A DNA stretch of 64,000 nucleotides, taken from contig NC_092350.1 of the NCBI RefSeq assembly GCF_963676685.1, forward strand, positions 18,662,001 through 18,726,000. The letters are read 5' to 3'. The DNA is from Mytilus edulis (lineage: Eukaryota). A model generated the notes under the pieces. It was not told the DNA's origin. It searched no databases and saw nothing but the letters and a program-made list of their open reading frames with translations. Each line of letters begins with the position of its first letter. Position 1 is the stretch's first letter. This document shows positions 35,037 to 46,902 of this stretch, piece after piece. Position numbers and translations under genes: made by a program.

Positions 35037-36954
35037 ACCCTCAGGTGTGTATCTAATCATTTACCCTCAGGTGTATATCTTATCATTAACCCTCAGGTGT
35101 ATATCTTATCATTAACCCTCAGGTGTGTATCTAATCATTTACCCTCATGTGTGTATCTAATCATTTACCCTCAGGTGTGTATCTAATCATTTACCCTCGA
35201 GTGTGTATCTAATTATTTACCCTCAGGTATGTATATAATCCTTTACCCTCAGGTGTGTATCTAATCATTTATCCTCAGGTGTGTATCTCATCATTTACCA
35301 TCAGGTGTGTATCTTATCATTAACCCTCAGGTGTGTATCTAAGCTTTACCCACAGGGGTGTATCTAATCATTTACCCTCGGGTGTGTATCTTATCATTTA
35401 CCCTCTGGTGTGTATCTAATCCTTTACCCTCAGGTGTGTATCTAATCATTTATCCTCAGGTGTGTATCTCATCATTTACCATCAGGTGTGTATCTTATCA
35501 TTAACCCTCAGGTGTGTATCTAAGCTTTACCCACAGGGGTGTATCTAATCATTTACCCTCGGGTGTGTATCTTATCATTTACCCTCTGGTGTGTATCTAA
35601 TCATTTACCCTCGGGTGTGTATCTTATCATTTACCCTCTGGTGTGTATCTAATCCTTTACCCTCAGGTGTGTATCTAATCATTTACCCTCAGGTGTGTAT
35701 CTAATCATTTACCCTCTGGTGTGTATCTCATCATTTACCATCAGGTTTGTATCTTATCATTAACCCTCAGGTGTGTATCTAAGCTTTACCAACAGGGGTG
35801 TATCTAATCATTTACCCTCGGGTGTGTATCTTATCATTTACCCTCTTGTGTGTATCTAATCCTTTACCCTCTGGTGTGTATCTCATCATTTACCATCAGG
35901 TTTGTATCTTATCATTAACCCTCAGGTGTGTATCTAAGCTTTACCAACAGGGGTGTATCTAATCATTTACCCTCGGGTGTGTATCTTATCATTTACCCTC
36001 TTGTGTGTATCTAATCCTTTACCCTCAGGTGTGTATCTAATCATTTACCCTCTGGTGTGTATCTCATCATTTACCATCAGGTTTGTATCTTATCATTTAC
36101 CCTCTGGTGTGTATCTAATCATTTACCCTCGGGTGTGTATCTTATCATTTACCCTCTGGTGTGTATCTAATCCTTTACCCTCAGGTGTGTATCTAATCAT
36201 TTACCCTCAGGTGTGTATCTAATCATTTACCCTCAGGTGTGTATCTCATCATTTACCATCAGGTTTGTATCTTATCCTTTACCCTCAGGTGTGTATCTAA
36301 TCCTTTACCCTCTGGTGTGTATCTAATCATTTACCCTCAGGTGTGTATCTCATCATTTACCCTCAGGTTTGTATCTAATCATTTACCCTCAGGTGTGTAT
36401 CTAATCCTTTACCCTCAGGTGTGTATCTAATCATTTACCCTCAGGTGTGTATCTCATCATTTACCCTCAGGTTTGTATCTTATCATTAACCCTCAGGTGT
36501 GTATCTAAGCTTTACCAACAGGGGTGTATCTAATCATTTACCCTCGGGTGTGTATCTTATCATTTACCCTCTGGTGTGTATCTAATCATTTACCCTCAGG
36601 TGTGTATCTAATCATTTACCCTCAGGTGTGTATCTCATCATTTACCATCAGGTTTGTATCTTATCATTAACCCTCAGGTGTGTATCTAAGCTTTACCAAC
36701 AGGGGTGTATCTAATCATTTACCCTCGGGTGTGTATCTTATCATTTACCCTCTTGTGTGTATCTAATCATTTACCCTCAGGTGTGTATCTTATCATTAAC
36801 CCTGATGTGTGTATCTAATCATTTACCCTCTTGTGTGTATCTAATCCTTTACCCTTATGTGTGTATCTAATCATTTACCCTCAGGTGTGTATCTAATTAT
36901 TTACCCTTATGTGTGTATCTAATCATTTACCCTCAGGTGTGTATCTTATCATTT
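35037..36954. repeat. 26-bp satellite, about 74 copies, with higher-order structure
   Basis: Unit gtgtgtatctaatcatttaccctcag; a 25-bp variant (aagctttacc) recurs at 35341, 35522, 35781, 35936, 36507 and 36688. Confidence 0.96.
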
Positions 36955-37142
36955 TCATATTCCTGACTTGGTACAGGCATAAAATGTCTTTAAAAAGAAT
37001 AATACATATTTACATAATAATAATAAAATTGAGAAAGAAAATAGGGAATATGTCAAAGAGACAACATCCCGACAAAAGATCAGACAACATAAACATCTCA
37101 AAAGGTTAATTTGGCTTAAACCTACTTAAACAAATGTGATTA

Positions 37143-37314
37143 AGCTATATTTCTCTGAAAAACTTGAGAAAGGAAAATATGACAGGTTAATGACAGATAA
37201 GCATAGTGTGAGGAAAAAGGGGTGAAGAGTTTAACTCCAGTTTAAATTCAAAACCATAGAATTTGTTGTCAATTCACAGAAAGAGATGTGTGAAATGAAA
37301 ACCGCTCGATTGGA
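37143..37314 (+). pseudogene. Inverted fragment of the C1qDC 5' coding region
   Basis: Aligns by eye to about 34215-34379 (LYF.EK.EKG...FKTIEFVVNSQKEMCEMKTARL), with indels. Confidence 0.85.
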
Positions 37315-37609
37315 TATGGAGAATATGTCAAAGAGACAACAACCCGACCAAAAAGCAGACATCATTAAAATCCCGAAAGGTTAATTGGTTTATACCTACT
37401 TAAAAAAAAGAGACAACGGAACAGTTACCAGCATTTAAAATCAATCAACTTTTTGTTATTCTTCCGTTACATGTATAATCAGTGAAAGGGTTACGGAAAT
37501 TATAACTTAAAAAGTGTTACAGGAAAGGAAACAAAGCTATATCAAAAAGCAAAAATAATCGTATATTTAACCACACTTTTCATTCTGACATATAAACGTA
37601 AATCAAAGT

Positions 37610-38791
37610 ATGGCGAATAACACCGATTATGTCGAGGTTCTTTATGATCAGAACTACTCCGATGTCGCTCTAAGCAGTACCATTCTGACAATTATCGGAG
37701 GTATCGTTGGTATCCTAGGAAACGGTTCAGTCATTATATGTTACTTCTTTCGTATTCAGGAAAGAGGAGAGCGTTATTTTATTCCGGTGTTAGCAGTTGT
37801 AGATTTAGTTGCTTGTATAACAAGTTCTATTTTCTACGTTATGGATAATACATTTTTCTTCAATTATCCCAATGATTTTATGTGTCGTATTCTAATATTT
37901 TTGCAGCTGCTTGTGCCAGCGATTTCCGCAAGTTTATTACTTATAATAAGTGTTCAAAGATATCTGTTAGTTTGCAAGCCACACGGACCAAGGATGACAT
38001 TACGTTGGAAGAGGATTGCCATTGTTGTTGCATGTTTGTTTACTTTGACTTACTCTGCACCGGTTCTTGCGATATCTGGAATTAAAACATCATATGAAAC
38101 TTTTCAGAATTATACAGTACAAATTAAAGTCTGTAAATTTTCAACAGCAGAAACTTCAGCTATGACAACAGCTTACTTCGGGTTTCTTCTTCTGTTAACG
38201 ATTATCAGTATTCTGATAACCATAAGTTTGTTCATACCTGTTTTGAAAAAGATACAACTCTCCTTTCTAGGGAAATTCAGACGAAAACGTCAGAATACGC
38301 TACCTGATGATGATTCGGTGCCAAAACATAATATAGAACTTAGAAGATACAAAAGAAAAACTCCTGAAATTCAGATCCAGAAAAAATCCAGCTCAAACCC
38401 AAGCATCAATACATCATCCTCTACTTTGATAGATGATCTGGATATAAATAAAACAGTAAATACTTTCACAACCGAGGACAACGAAAGAACAAGAAAGGAA
38501 AAGGCAACAAGAAAAATAACAATTATGCTTTTTGTCATCATTGCTGCTTATGTTTTATCTTATATTCCTTCTTTAATAACTTTAATCGTAGTATATGTTG
38601 ATGGCGATCTCAATATCGGCTCTATATCCAGGGAGTCAGCATTTGTTTTTATTTACTTTGCGCGTTTTGTCTTTCTTAACCACATTGTCAATCCTTTTAT
38701 ATACAGTTACTTCGATGAGAAGTTTAGAACAGAATTGAGAAAGCTATTAACACAGATAAACAAATGCTGGTTAGTACAAAATGAAAAATAA
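37610..38791 (+). CDS. Orphan class A (rhodopsin-like) GPCR, paralog 1, 393 aa
   Basis: 7 hydrophobic segments; GN in TM1, LAxxD in TM2, QRY in place of DRY, NPFIY in TM7, FR in helix 8; N-terminal sequons. Confidence 0.93.
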   Translation: MANNTDYVEVLYDQNYSDVALSSTILTIIGGIVGILGNGSVIICYFFRIQERGERYFIPVLAVVDLVACITSSIFYVMDNTFFFNYPNDFMCRILIFLQLLVPAISASLLLIISVQRYLLVCKPHGPRMTLRWKRIAIVVACLFTLTYSAPVLAISGIKTSYETFQNYTVQIKVCKFSTAETSAMTTAYFGFLLLLTIISILITISLFIPVLKKIQLSFLGKFRRKRQNTLPDDDSVPKHNIELRRYKRKTPEIQIQKKSSSNPSINTSSSTLIDDLDINKTVNTFTTEDNERTRKEKATRKITIMLFVIIAAYVLSYIPSLITLIVVYVDGDLNIGSISRESAFVFIYFARFVFLNHIVNPFIYSYFDEKFRTELRKLLTQINKCWLVQNEK

Positions 38792-39629
38792 AATGTAAAG
38801 ACACAGCTAAATTAACAAAGTGAGTTTAATTATTCTATTTGAAACAAGTTAACTAAGGCCGTGTTCACATTGATCTAAACTCGGTGATGTGTTAGTGTAA
38901 CTCACACGTAAACTAAACACAATTACGTTCCCATTGATAAAACGTAATTTGTACATGCAGTTTGAATTATTTTAAATTAGTCTACATGCAGTCGATAGTC
39001 AATGTAGGCCTTGCGTAGGTTAAGTGTACATAAAACTAAGCATTTAGAACATTAATTCTACCACGTATATTTAAGGAAGAAACTATTTTTGAATAAAATT
39101 GATATCTATAACAATTATTAATAAAGTTCTTTACAGTATTATTTGTCTAACTTTGCCTGAAATATATTAATTTGTTATAGAGAAAACTTTAGGCAGTTTT
39201 GTTCTGATCTGATGAATGTGCAGAGTTATGGTCCTTGTATGCAAACGATCAGCTTCCACACTTTTGTATACCTTTACAAAACAAAATAAATTATTTGTTT
39301 GAAGGGAAAAGATTTGTTTTGAAAATGATATAGGCCAAGGAAGAATAATGATTTGTACACGTTATTATCTTTTTTCTCACTAAAAATTGTACAAGAAATT
39401 TGTTTTGATTTATTGATGATACGGATTTTAAATGGACAGAATCACAAGACCATCTGAATGAAATTAACACGTGTAATTCTTTCTATATATAAGAAAATTT
39501 CAGGAATATGACAGTTGTCGTCCATTCGCTTGATGTGTTTGAGCTTTTGAATTTTCCATTTCAGTACTTTTTGTGATTTTGTTTTTGCACGATTCAATGC
39601 ATTTTACACACGAAACAACACAGAAAACA

Positions 39630-40760
39630 CATTTCCTTTTTACTACGAGTTACATCCGGAACGGAACAATTATAGCGGATCTCCATACGAAGGAATCAAA
39701 CAAACATCAGTTTTTCTTTTCTCAAAATTGCCACCCTAAACACTGCTCCTGTGGTATCCTTTTCAGCCAGTCATTGCAAGTCTAGAGAATATGCTCAGCT
39801 GAAAATAGAAAAAATGCTAGACCTAGATAACTACTTAAACATTTAGTTGTTCGAGGATACAATAAAAACAGCCCTGATACAGATACCAAAAGAGCAAACT
39901 GAACTAGCCGACAAGTGCAATGAAACAGAATGAAAGAATCAATAGAAGACCTCCTGTACTCACAATCCTGATCTTTAAAATGTATCATCCATTTTTCAAA
40001 AGCATTGGAAAATTAAAGAAGCTGACCCCAATTTAAAAACAAATATATTTTCCTCACCACCAGTTATGACATTAAGGAGACCTTAAATCACCCATGACGA
40101 ATTAGTGACAGCTGCATAAACAAACAACCTACTCCACTTCCCGGTTGAAACAAATAATGTGACAGAAGGAATTGCTTATGTTGTAAAGCTACCAATACAA
40201 AAGAGGTGCGAACGATCCTAGAGGCACATTCAAACTCATAGATAACAAACAAACTGAGAACGCCATGGCCAAAAGTGAAAAAGACAAACAGACAAACAAC
40301 AGTACACAAGACACAACATAGGAAACTAAATACTAAGTTCCACGAAACCTACTAAAACTGGGGTTGATCCCAGGTGCTTTCATCTTTCATCAACTTCTTA
40401 AATGAATAATTTCTACCATTTAATCAGATTTTCAACTTTAAAATGGAGAACTCAATTGATATATTGACACTTAACACTGGTGGCATTCAGTATGTGGGAG
40501 ATACAAAAGACAAATTTAACAGTTGGCTAAATAACCATCGTTCATGGTACAAAACCAACAAGAACTGTATTTTCACTTGACAAATTCGGTCAAAGAAAAA
40601 AAATGATATTGTTACTTTCCAAATCATAGGAATCGACACCACCGAGAGGGACACCACGGTGAGAAGGAGAACAGAAGACGTTTGGATCTACCAGCACCAC
40701 AATTAAGAAACTGACAGTCTTAATGAAAATGTCGAGAAAATATTTAGGAAAGATAATGCA
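39630..40760 (+). mobile_element. Decayed Penelope-like element with C-terminal GIY-YIG (Penelope/Neptune-type)
   Basis: Remnants DLHTKESNKHQF..CHPKHC..I.FSQ..RICS (RT thumb) and QYVGDT..F..LNNHRS..EDVWI (endonuclease); interrupted by a minus-strand family B tail (about 40200-40380). Confidence 0.7.
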
Positions 40761-41164
40761 TAATTTAGTGCACATCGGCACCCTATTTATCCTGTAATAT
40801 TGGCCAATGGGCGTTACAAACTCCAATCACCAATTTTGTAAATAACAAATTTAAAATTCTTTACAAGGCAGCTAAATCCATGTAAACTGAGCTGCAAAAG
40901 TATCTTATCTACATGCGATTTCAACTTTGACTAGCAAAATTATGCATTTATTTTAATTTCATTCTAAACCTTCTGATATGTACATGCTAAATAGTGTGTC
41001 AAAATTACATTGTTAGGCAATTTATAATTTCATTTGTGTAATTGAAATAATCTTTGTACTGATTAATCCACACTAAAATATTTTCATATATCATGTGTTG
41101 CTATTTATACAGGTTATAATAATAGAATGAGGTATTAAAGAAATTTTGATGTTCCATTTTTACT

Positions 41165-41697
41165 TCTTTCTGTCGAAATTTCTCTTCTTATCGATCAATT
41201 TTTATTTCACACATTTCATTCTGTGAATTGTTAAAGTATTCATTCCTTTTCCTGTCACATTACTACGATTATATGACAATAACCTGTAATCTTTTCCATT
41301 CTCAAGGTTTTCGAAGAAATACAACTGAACCACCTAATAAAATTAAAGCAATTATCCAACAATTATTAGCTATTTCAAGATTAAAGACGTAAATGTTTTC
41401 GATTGCTATGTTAGTTTAACGACAGTGTTCCCAACACTTCAAAACCAATGTACATATTTTACATGCGTTATAGAAATAATAGACTTTAATTATATATTCT
41501 CACGTAGTTTACATATACAATATTCATGCAGTGCCGGAAAATTTAAAATTTCTTACCCTGCACAATTACTAAATTTAATTTGATACTGCAATTTAACATT
41601 GAACTTAGATGTTTAAGTTTTTTCCAATCTAAACGTTGAATTGGTATATGAAGTGAAATCGAAATGACTTTTGATCGCGGACAGGAAAGAGGACATG
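41165..41697 (-). pseudogene. C1qDC 5' pseudogene fragment with its upstream region
   Basis: Colinear with about 34195-34747; the start codon is mutated (ATG to ATA) and the C1q domain is absent. Confidence 0.85.
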
Positions 41698-42734
41698 AAA
41701 TTGAACTGTATAATAAACAGTAATTTTAAAATAACCGGTCGCTTATACAAGAACGGGTAACTAGGAGACTTAAATAATTGTAACTAGTACTTGATTAATT
41801 TCACATGACTTGGCGGGGTTTAACCGATTCGCTTTTCTTTGACTAGTCTATCCATATACTTGTGTTTTGTGATAAACTCATCAATGACATGTCTAGTTAT
41901 TGTCATTGATCCGATTAATCATTTAAACAATTTATGTGTCTTCGCAAAGTAAATAGGAGACACAGTCGTTTATATTCTTGTAAAGCGGAGTCTGAAAATT
42001 GTGTATATGAAAGTATAACTATGACGACGATAGTTAAAAGGCATAAGTCGTTATTCTGTAAGGTTTTGATATACTTTGTTCCTTTCCTTTTCATTCCAAA
42101 TGGATTTGCTTTGTTTGGAGGGGCACAAGGATAAGTGGCAAATGATATCTCGACCTTAATGTTTTTGTTTTGTTTTTAGTCTGATAAATTTCGAAATATT
42201 CTCTTTTCCAGCTCGTACTCAGTTCTTTAATTGTATATCCATTAGGTGAAACTGATAGTTGATTACAACTGAGCTAAAAAATAAATATAGCAAGAATCAT
42301 TCCTTTAACACACATCTTCAAATAGACTGTCCTTATCGAAATTTAAACGTTATCAGTTGAACAAATACATTGATAGTCCAATATGTGTAAAGCTTCATGT
42401 TCCTTGTCTGTCAAAATGTTACCTCTACAGTAGAAACGTCGATTGCAGGATAAAGAACTGTAAACACAAGGTTACGTAGCAGCTAGTAAACAAAAGTTTT
42501 ACCAAGTTTTTTTTATTCAAAAGGGCACTGATTACACGGGTTTGCCGATTTTTTTCTACTAATTTTACACATCTACTGTCCGTTATACTTCCGTTACATG
42601 TATAATCAGTCAAAGGATACGGAAATTCTAATTTAAAAAGTTTTAAAGTAAAGGAAACATCTATAACAAATATAATCGGTATTGTATATTTAACCACATT
42701 TTTCGTTCTTACATATATATACGTAAATTAAAGT

Positions 42735-43911
42735 ATGGCGAATAACACCAATTATGTGGAGGTTCTTTATGATAAAAACTACTCCGATGTCGCTCTAAGT
42801 AGTACAATTTTGACAATTATTGGAGGTATCGTTGGGGTCCTAGGAAATGGTTCAGTTATTATATGTTACTTTTTTCGTATCAAGGACAAAGGAGAGCGTT
42901 ATTTTATTCCAGTGTTAGCAGTTGTAGATTTAGTTGCTTGTATAACAGGCTCTATTTTCTACGTTATGGATAATACATTTTTTTTCAATTATCCTTATGA
43001 TTTGATGTGTCGTCTTCTGATTTTTTTGCAGCTGCTTGTGCCAGCGATTTCCGCAAGTTTATTACTGATAATTAGTGTTCAAAGATATCTGTTAGTTTGC
43101 AAGCCTCATGGACCAAGGATGACTTTACGCTGGAAGAGGATTTCCATTGGTGTTACATGCTTGTTTACTTTGACTTACTCTGCACCGGTTCTTGCAATAT
43201 CTGGAATTAAAACATCATATGAAACTTTTCAGAATTATACAGTACAAATTAAAGTCTGTAAGTTTTCAACAGCAGAAACTTCAGTTCAGAATACAGCGTA
43301 CTTAGGTTTCCTTCTTATGTTATCGATTATCATTATTCTGATAACCATGGGTTTGTTCGTACCAGTTTTGAAGACGATAAAACTCTCCTTTTTTGGGAAA
43401 TTCAGAAGTGGGCGTAAGGCAAGTGAACATCGAAATACACCACTTAATACTGATTCGGTGTCAGCAACAGATATTGAACTGGGAAAATACGAAGGAAAAA
43501 AATCCTGAAATTCAGATCAAGAAAAAATCTAGCTCCATTTCGGGCATTCATAGATCATCTTCTTTGATAGATGATCTGGATAATAATAAACCAGTAAATA
43601 CTTTCACAACCAAGGACAGTGAAAAAACAAGAATGGAAAAAGCAACAAGAAAAATAACAATTATGTTATTTGTCATCATTGCTGCTTATGTTTTATCTTA
43701 TATTCCTTCTTTGATAACTTTGATTGTAATATATGCTGATGACGATCTTAATATCGGTACCGGTTCTATTTCAAGGGAATCCGCATTTGTTTTTATTTAC
43801 TTTGCGCGTTTTGTGTTTCTAAACCACATTGTGAATCCTTTTATATACAGTTACTTCGATGAGAAGTTTAGAACAGAATTGAGAAAGTTATTTACATATA
43901 CAACTCTATAG
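42735..43911 (+). pseudogene. Orphan GPCR paralog 2 with a +1 frameshift (pseudogene or homopolymer sequencing error)
   Basis: Two overlapping ORFs join into a full 7TM if one A is removed from the A7 run at 43496-43502. Confidence 0.8.
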
Positions 43912-45013
43912 TAAAAAATACTATATAGTACAAAATGATAAATAAAATGTAAAGACGCAGTTAGATTGAAAAAAAATAGCCAATGTAATCAATCATAAAC
44001 ACGTTAACAAAATTTAAAGTTACTCAATTTCGCTGCTTAATTTGTTGGACGCATTTTGACTTATTTTGATATCATAACCAACTTTCTGTCAACGTTTACG
44101 TTAACTCTTTCTATGTTGCTTTAAGGGAATCATTTCAAACAATAAAAAATGAAGTTGGAGATATTTCTGTGAGAGGTATGTCGAGAACATTTTATTCGAG
44201 TATCCGAGTTTTGAATTTGTACTCAATGGTTCGATTTTTGGTGCGAATACTCGTCAGGAATGTTGTTGATTACTTTAAAAAGTAATTTATAAAATTACAA
44301 TTAATTTGCTAATCTCATGAAATAAATAACATTACATTTACTCCTAAAAAGTGACCGACGACCTTTAATACAGTAGATTACTTTCTGTAAATCAATCATG
44401 ATTACATTAGATTACAGTGTTTACTATGATGTAAAGGGTTTTTAACATAAAAAAAAAACAAAAAAAACCCACTAATTTTTGTGAAAAATTATGAAGAATG
44501 GGCAGAGTAAATGTCCTTGCACGCAATTGATCAGCTTCCACACTTTTGTATACCTTTACAAATAGTAATACATTATTTGTTTAAAGGGAAAGATAGTTGT
44601 GAACATCAAATATGCCACGGAAGAATAATAATTTGTACAAGTTAATTTCTTTTTCTCAAAAAAATTGTACAAAGAATTTTTTCGATTTATTGATGATATT
44701 GATTTCTAAATAACTATTTATTGACGATATTGAATTTAAATGGACAGAGTTATCATCTTTTTCTCATAAAATTGTACCAGTAATTTTTCGATTCATTTAT
44801 GATATTTTATTGATTTTAAATGGACAGAATCACAAGACTATCTGAATGAATTTCTAAAACAATGTAACCCTTTCTACTTAAAAAAATGCCTCTGCTAAGT
44901 CAGGAATATGACAGTTGTTGTCCATTCGTTTGATGTGTTTGTGCTTTTGATTTTGCCATTTGGGACTTTCCAGTTTAAATTTCCCTCGGAATTCAGTATT
45001 TTTTGTGATTTCA

Positions 45014-45807
45014 CAAGAAGTTAGCAATATCCTTTAACTCTTCTTTCCTCTATATAGATGATGTTCTTTCACTAAATAATTCAAAATTTGGTGACTATGT
45101 GGAACGCATCATTCCCATCAAACTAGAGATAAATGATACTACAGATACAGTTAAGTCGGCCTCATATCTTGACTTACATCTAGAAATTGACAATGAGGGT
45201 TGGTTGAAAACAAAACTTTACGACAAAAGAGATGGTGAACTTTCCATTTCTAAGTAGCAACATTCCAGCAGCACCTACATACGGGGTATATATCTCCCAA
45301 TTGATACGATATTCCCGTGCTTGCATTTCCTATCATGATTTTTTTTATAGAGGGTTGCTGCTCACAAGGAAGCTATTAAACCAAGAGTTCCAAATGGTGA
45401 AGTTGAAATCATCCCTTCGTTAATTTTACGGACGCCATCACGAGTTGTTTGACCGTTATGGAATAAGCGTTTCACAAATGATATCGGAAATGTTCCTTAC
45501 GTCGTAATTACAATCCCCTTCCCTTTCATGAATGTGGCCTACCGAATTAGACTATTTACTGGATTTGTTATCACATAAACAACACGACGGGTGCCACATG
45601 TGGAGCAGGATCTGCTTACCCTTCCGGAGCACCTGAGATCACCCCTAGTTTTTGGTGGGGTTCGTGTTGTTTATTCTTCAGTTTTCTATATTGTGTCATG
45701 TGTACTATTGTTTGTCTGTTTGTCTTTTTCATTTTAGCCATGGCGTTTTCAGTTTATTTTAGATTTATGAGTTTGACTGTCCCTTTGGTATCTTTCGTCC
45801 CTCTTTT
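45014..45807 (+). mobile_element. 5'-truncated Naiad-like PLE family B
   Basis: YIDDVLSLNN (YIDD at 45051-62), SYLDL, KLYDKRD, VNFPFLSSNIP, YGVYISQLIRYSRAC; the ORF ends with no C-terminal endonuclease; one deletion and one premature stop. Confidence 0.8.
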
Positions 45808-45809
45808 AT

Positions 45810-46230
45810 ACTACGAGTTGCATCCAGAATGGAACCATTATAGCTAATCCCCATACGAAGGAATCGAAAAAAAACATCAATTTATCTCTCCTAAAATTTA
45901 CTCAGATTCCAACTTAAGATGAAGAACTCAATTGAGATACTTATATTTAACACTTGTATGTAGGAGAAACAATGGAAAATTTTAATAGCCAGCTAGTAAA
46001 TAACCATCGTTCATGGTGCAAAACCAACAAAAACTGTTCTCTCACAAGTTATCATCGCTCAAAGAAACAATTGATAATGCTACTTTCCAAATCAAAGAAG
46101 TCAACGCCGAGTGGGACACAACGGCGAAAATGAAAAGAGAAGACTTTTGGATCCACCAGCTCCACACTTCAGAACCTGATGATCTTAATAAAAAAGACGA
46201 GAAAAGATTCAGGAAAGATAAAGACTAATG
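45810..46230 (+). mobile_element. Duplicated, further-deleted copy of the 39630-40760 PLE relic
   Basis: YVGET..NNHRS..REDFWIHQLHT.EP.DLNKKD remnants; flanks are paralogous. Confidence 0.7.
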
Positions 46231-46902
46231 TACACATCAGCTTCCTATTTATCCTGTAATGTTGGCAAATGGACGTTGCAAACTCCAACCAACTATGTTG
46301 TGAAGGTCATCCAAATTTTGAATTCTTTACAAGGCAACTCAACTCATTTACAATGACTTTCTTATCTACATCCGATTTCAACTGGAAAGATGCATGCTTG
46401 ATGAAGCTAGTTTGTGTAACGAAAAATTGCGTGTTTTTTTTTTTATCGCATTGTAAACTATATAGTGTGTTAGGATTCATTTGTGCAATATAATTAATCT
46501 TTGTACTGACAAATCCACATTCAAATGGATTCGTATGTTATGTGTTGCTTTTTATACAGGTTAAATAATAGAATGAGGTTTAAGGAAATATCCTGAAAAC
46601 AACGTATATTAAATATAAAGTAAATTTTTGGCAGCTGCCCACTGAAAAAATGAGATCAATAAAATAACGGAACATACACCTACTAATACCAACATACACA
46701 AAAAAATGTACTAGATTTTCGACTGTTCTCCTACTACTTTTACAAATCTTCTATTCGTTACATCCGTCAATCTGTAATAAGTGAAATCATTCGGAAGTTG
46801 TAATAAAAAAAATATTTTAAGAAAGGATACAAAGTTATGTAAAACAAATACACAATCGTATATTTCACCATATTTTTTATTTGACACAAACGTGATTAAG
46901 GT

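Noticed and set aside
35953-36430. Repetitive ORFs in the 26-bp satellite
   Set aside because: By-products of the repeat.
38857-39010. Possible PIF/Harbinger-type MITE after GPCR1
   Set aside because: The right TIR and TSD are too degenerate to support.
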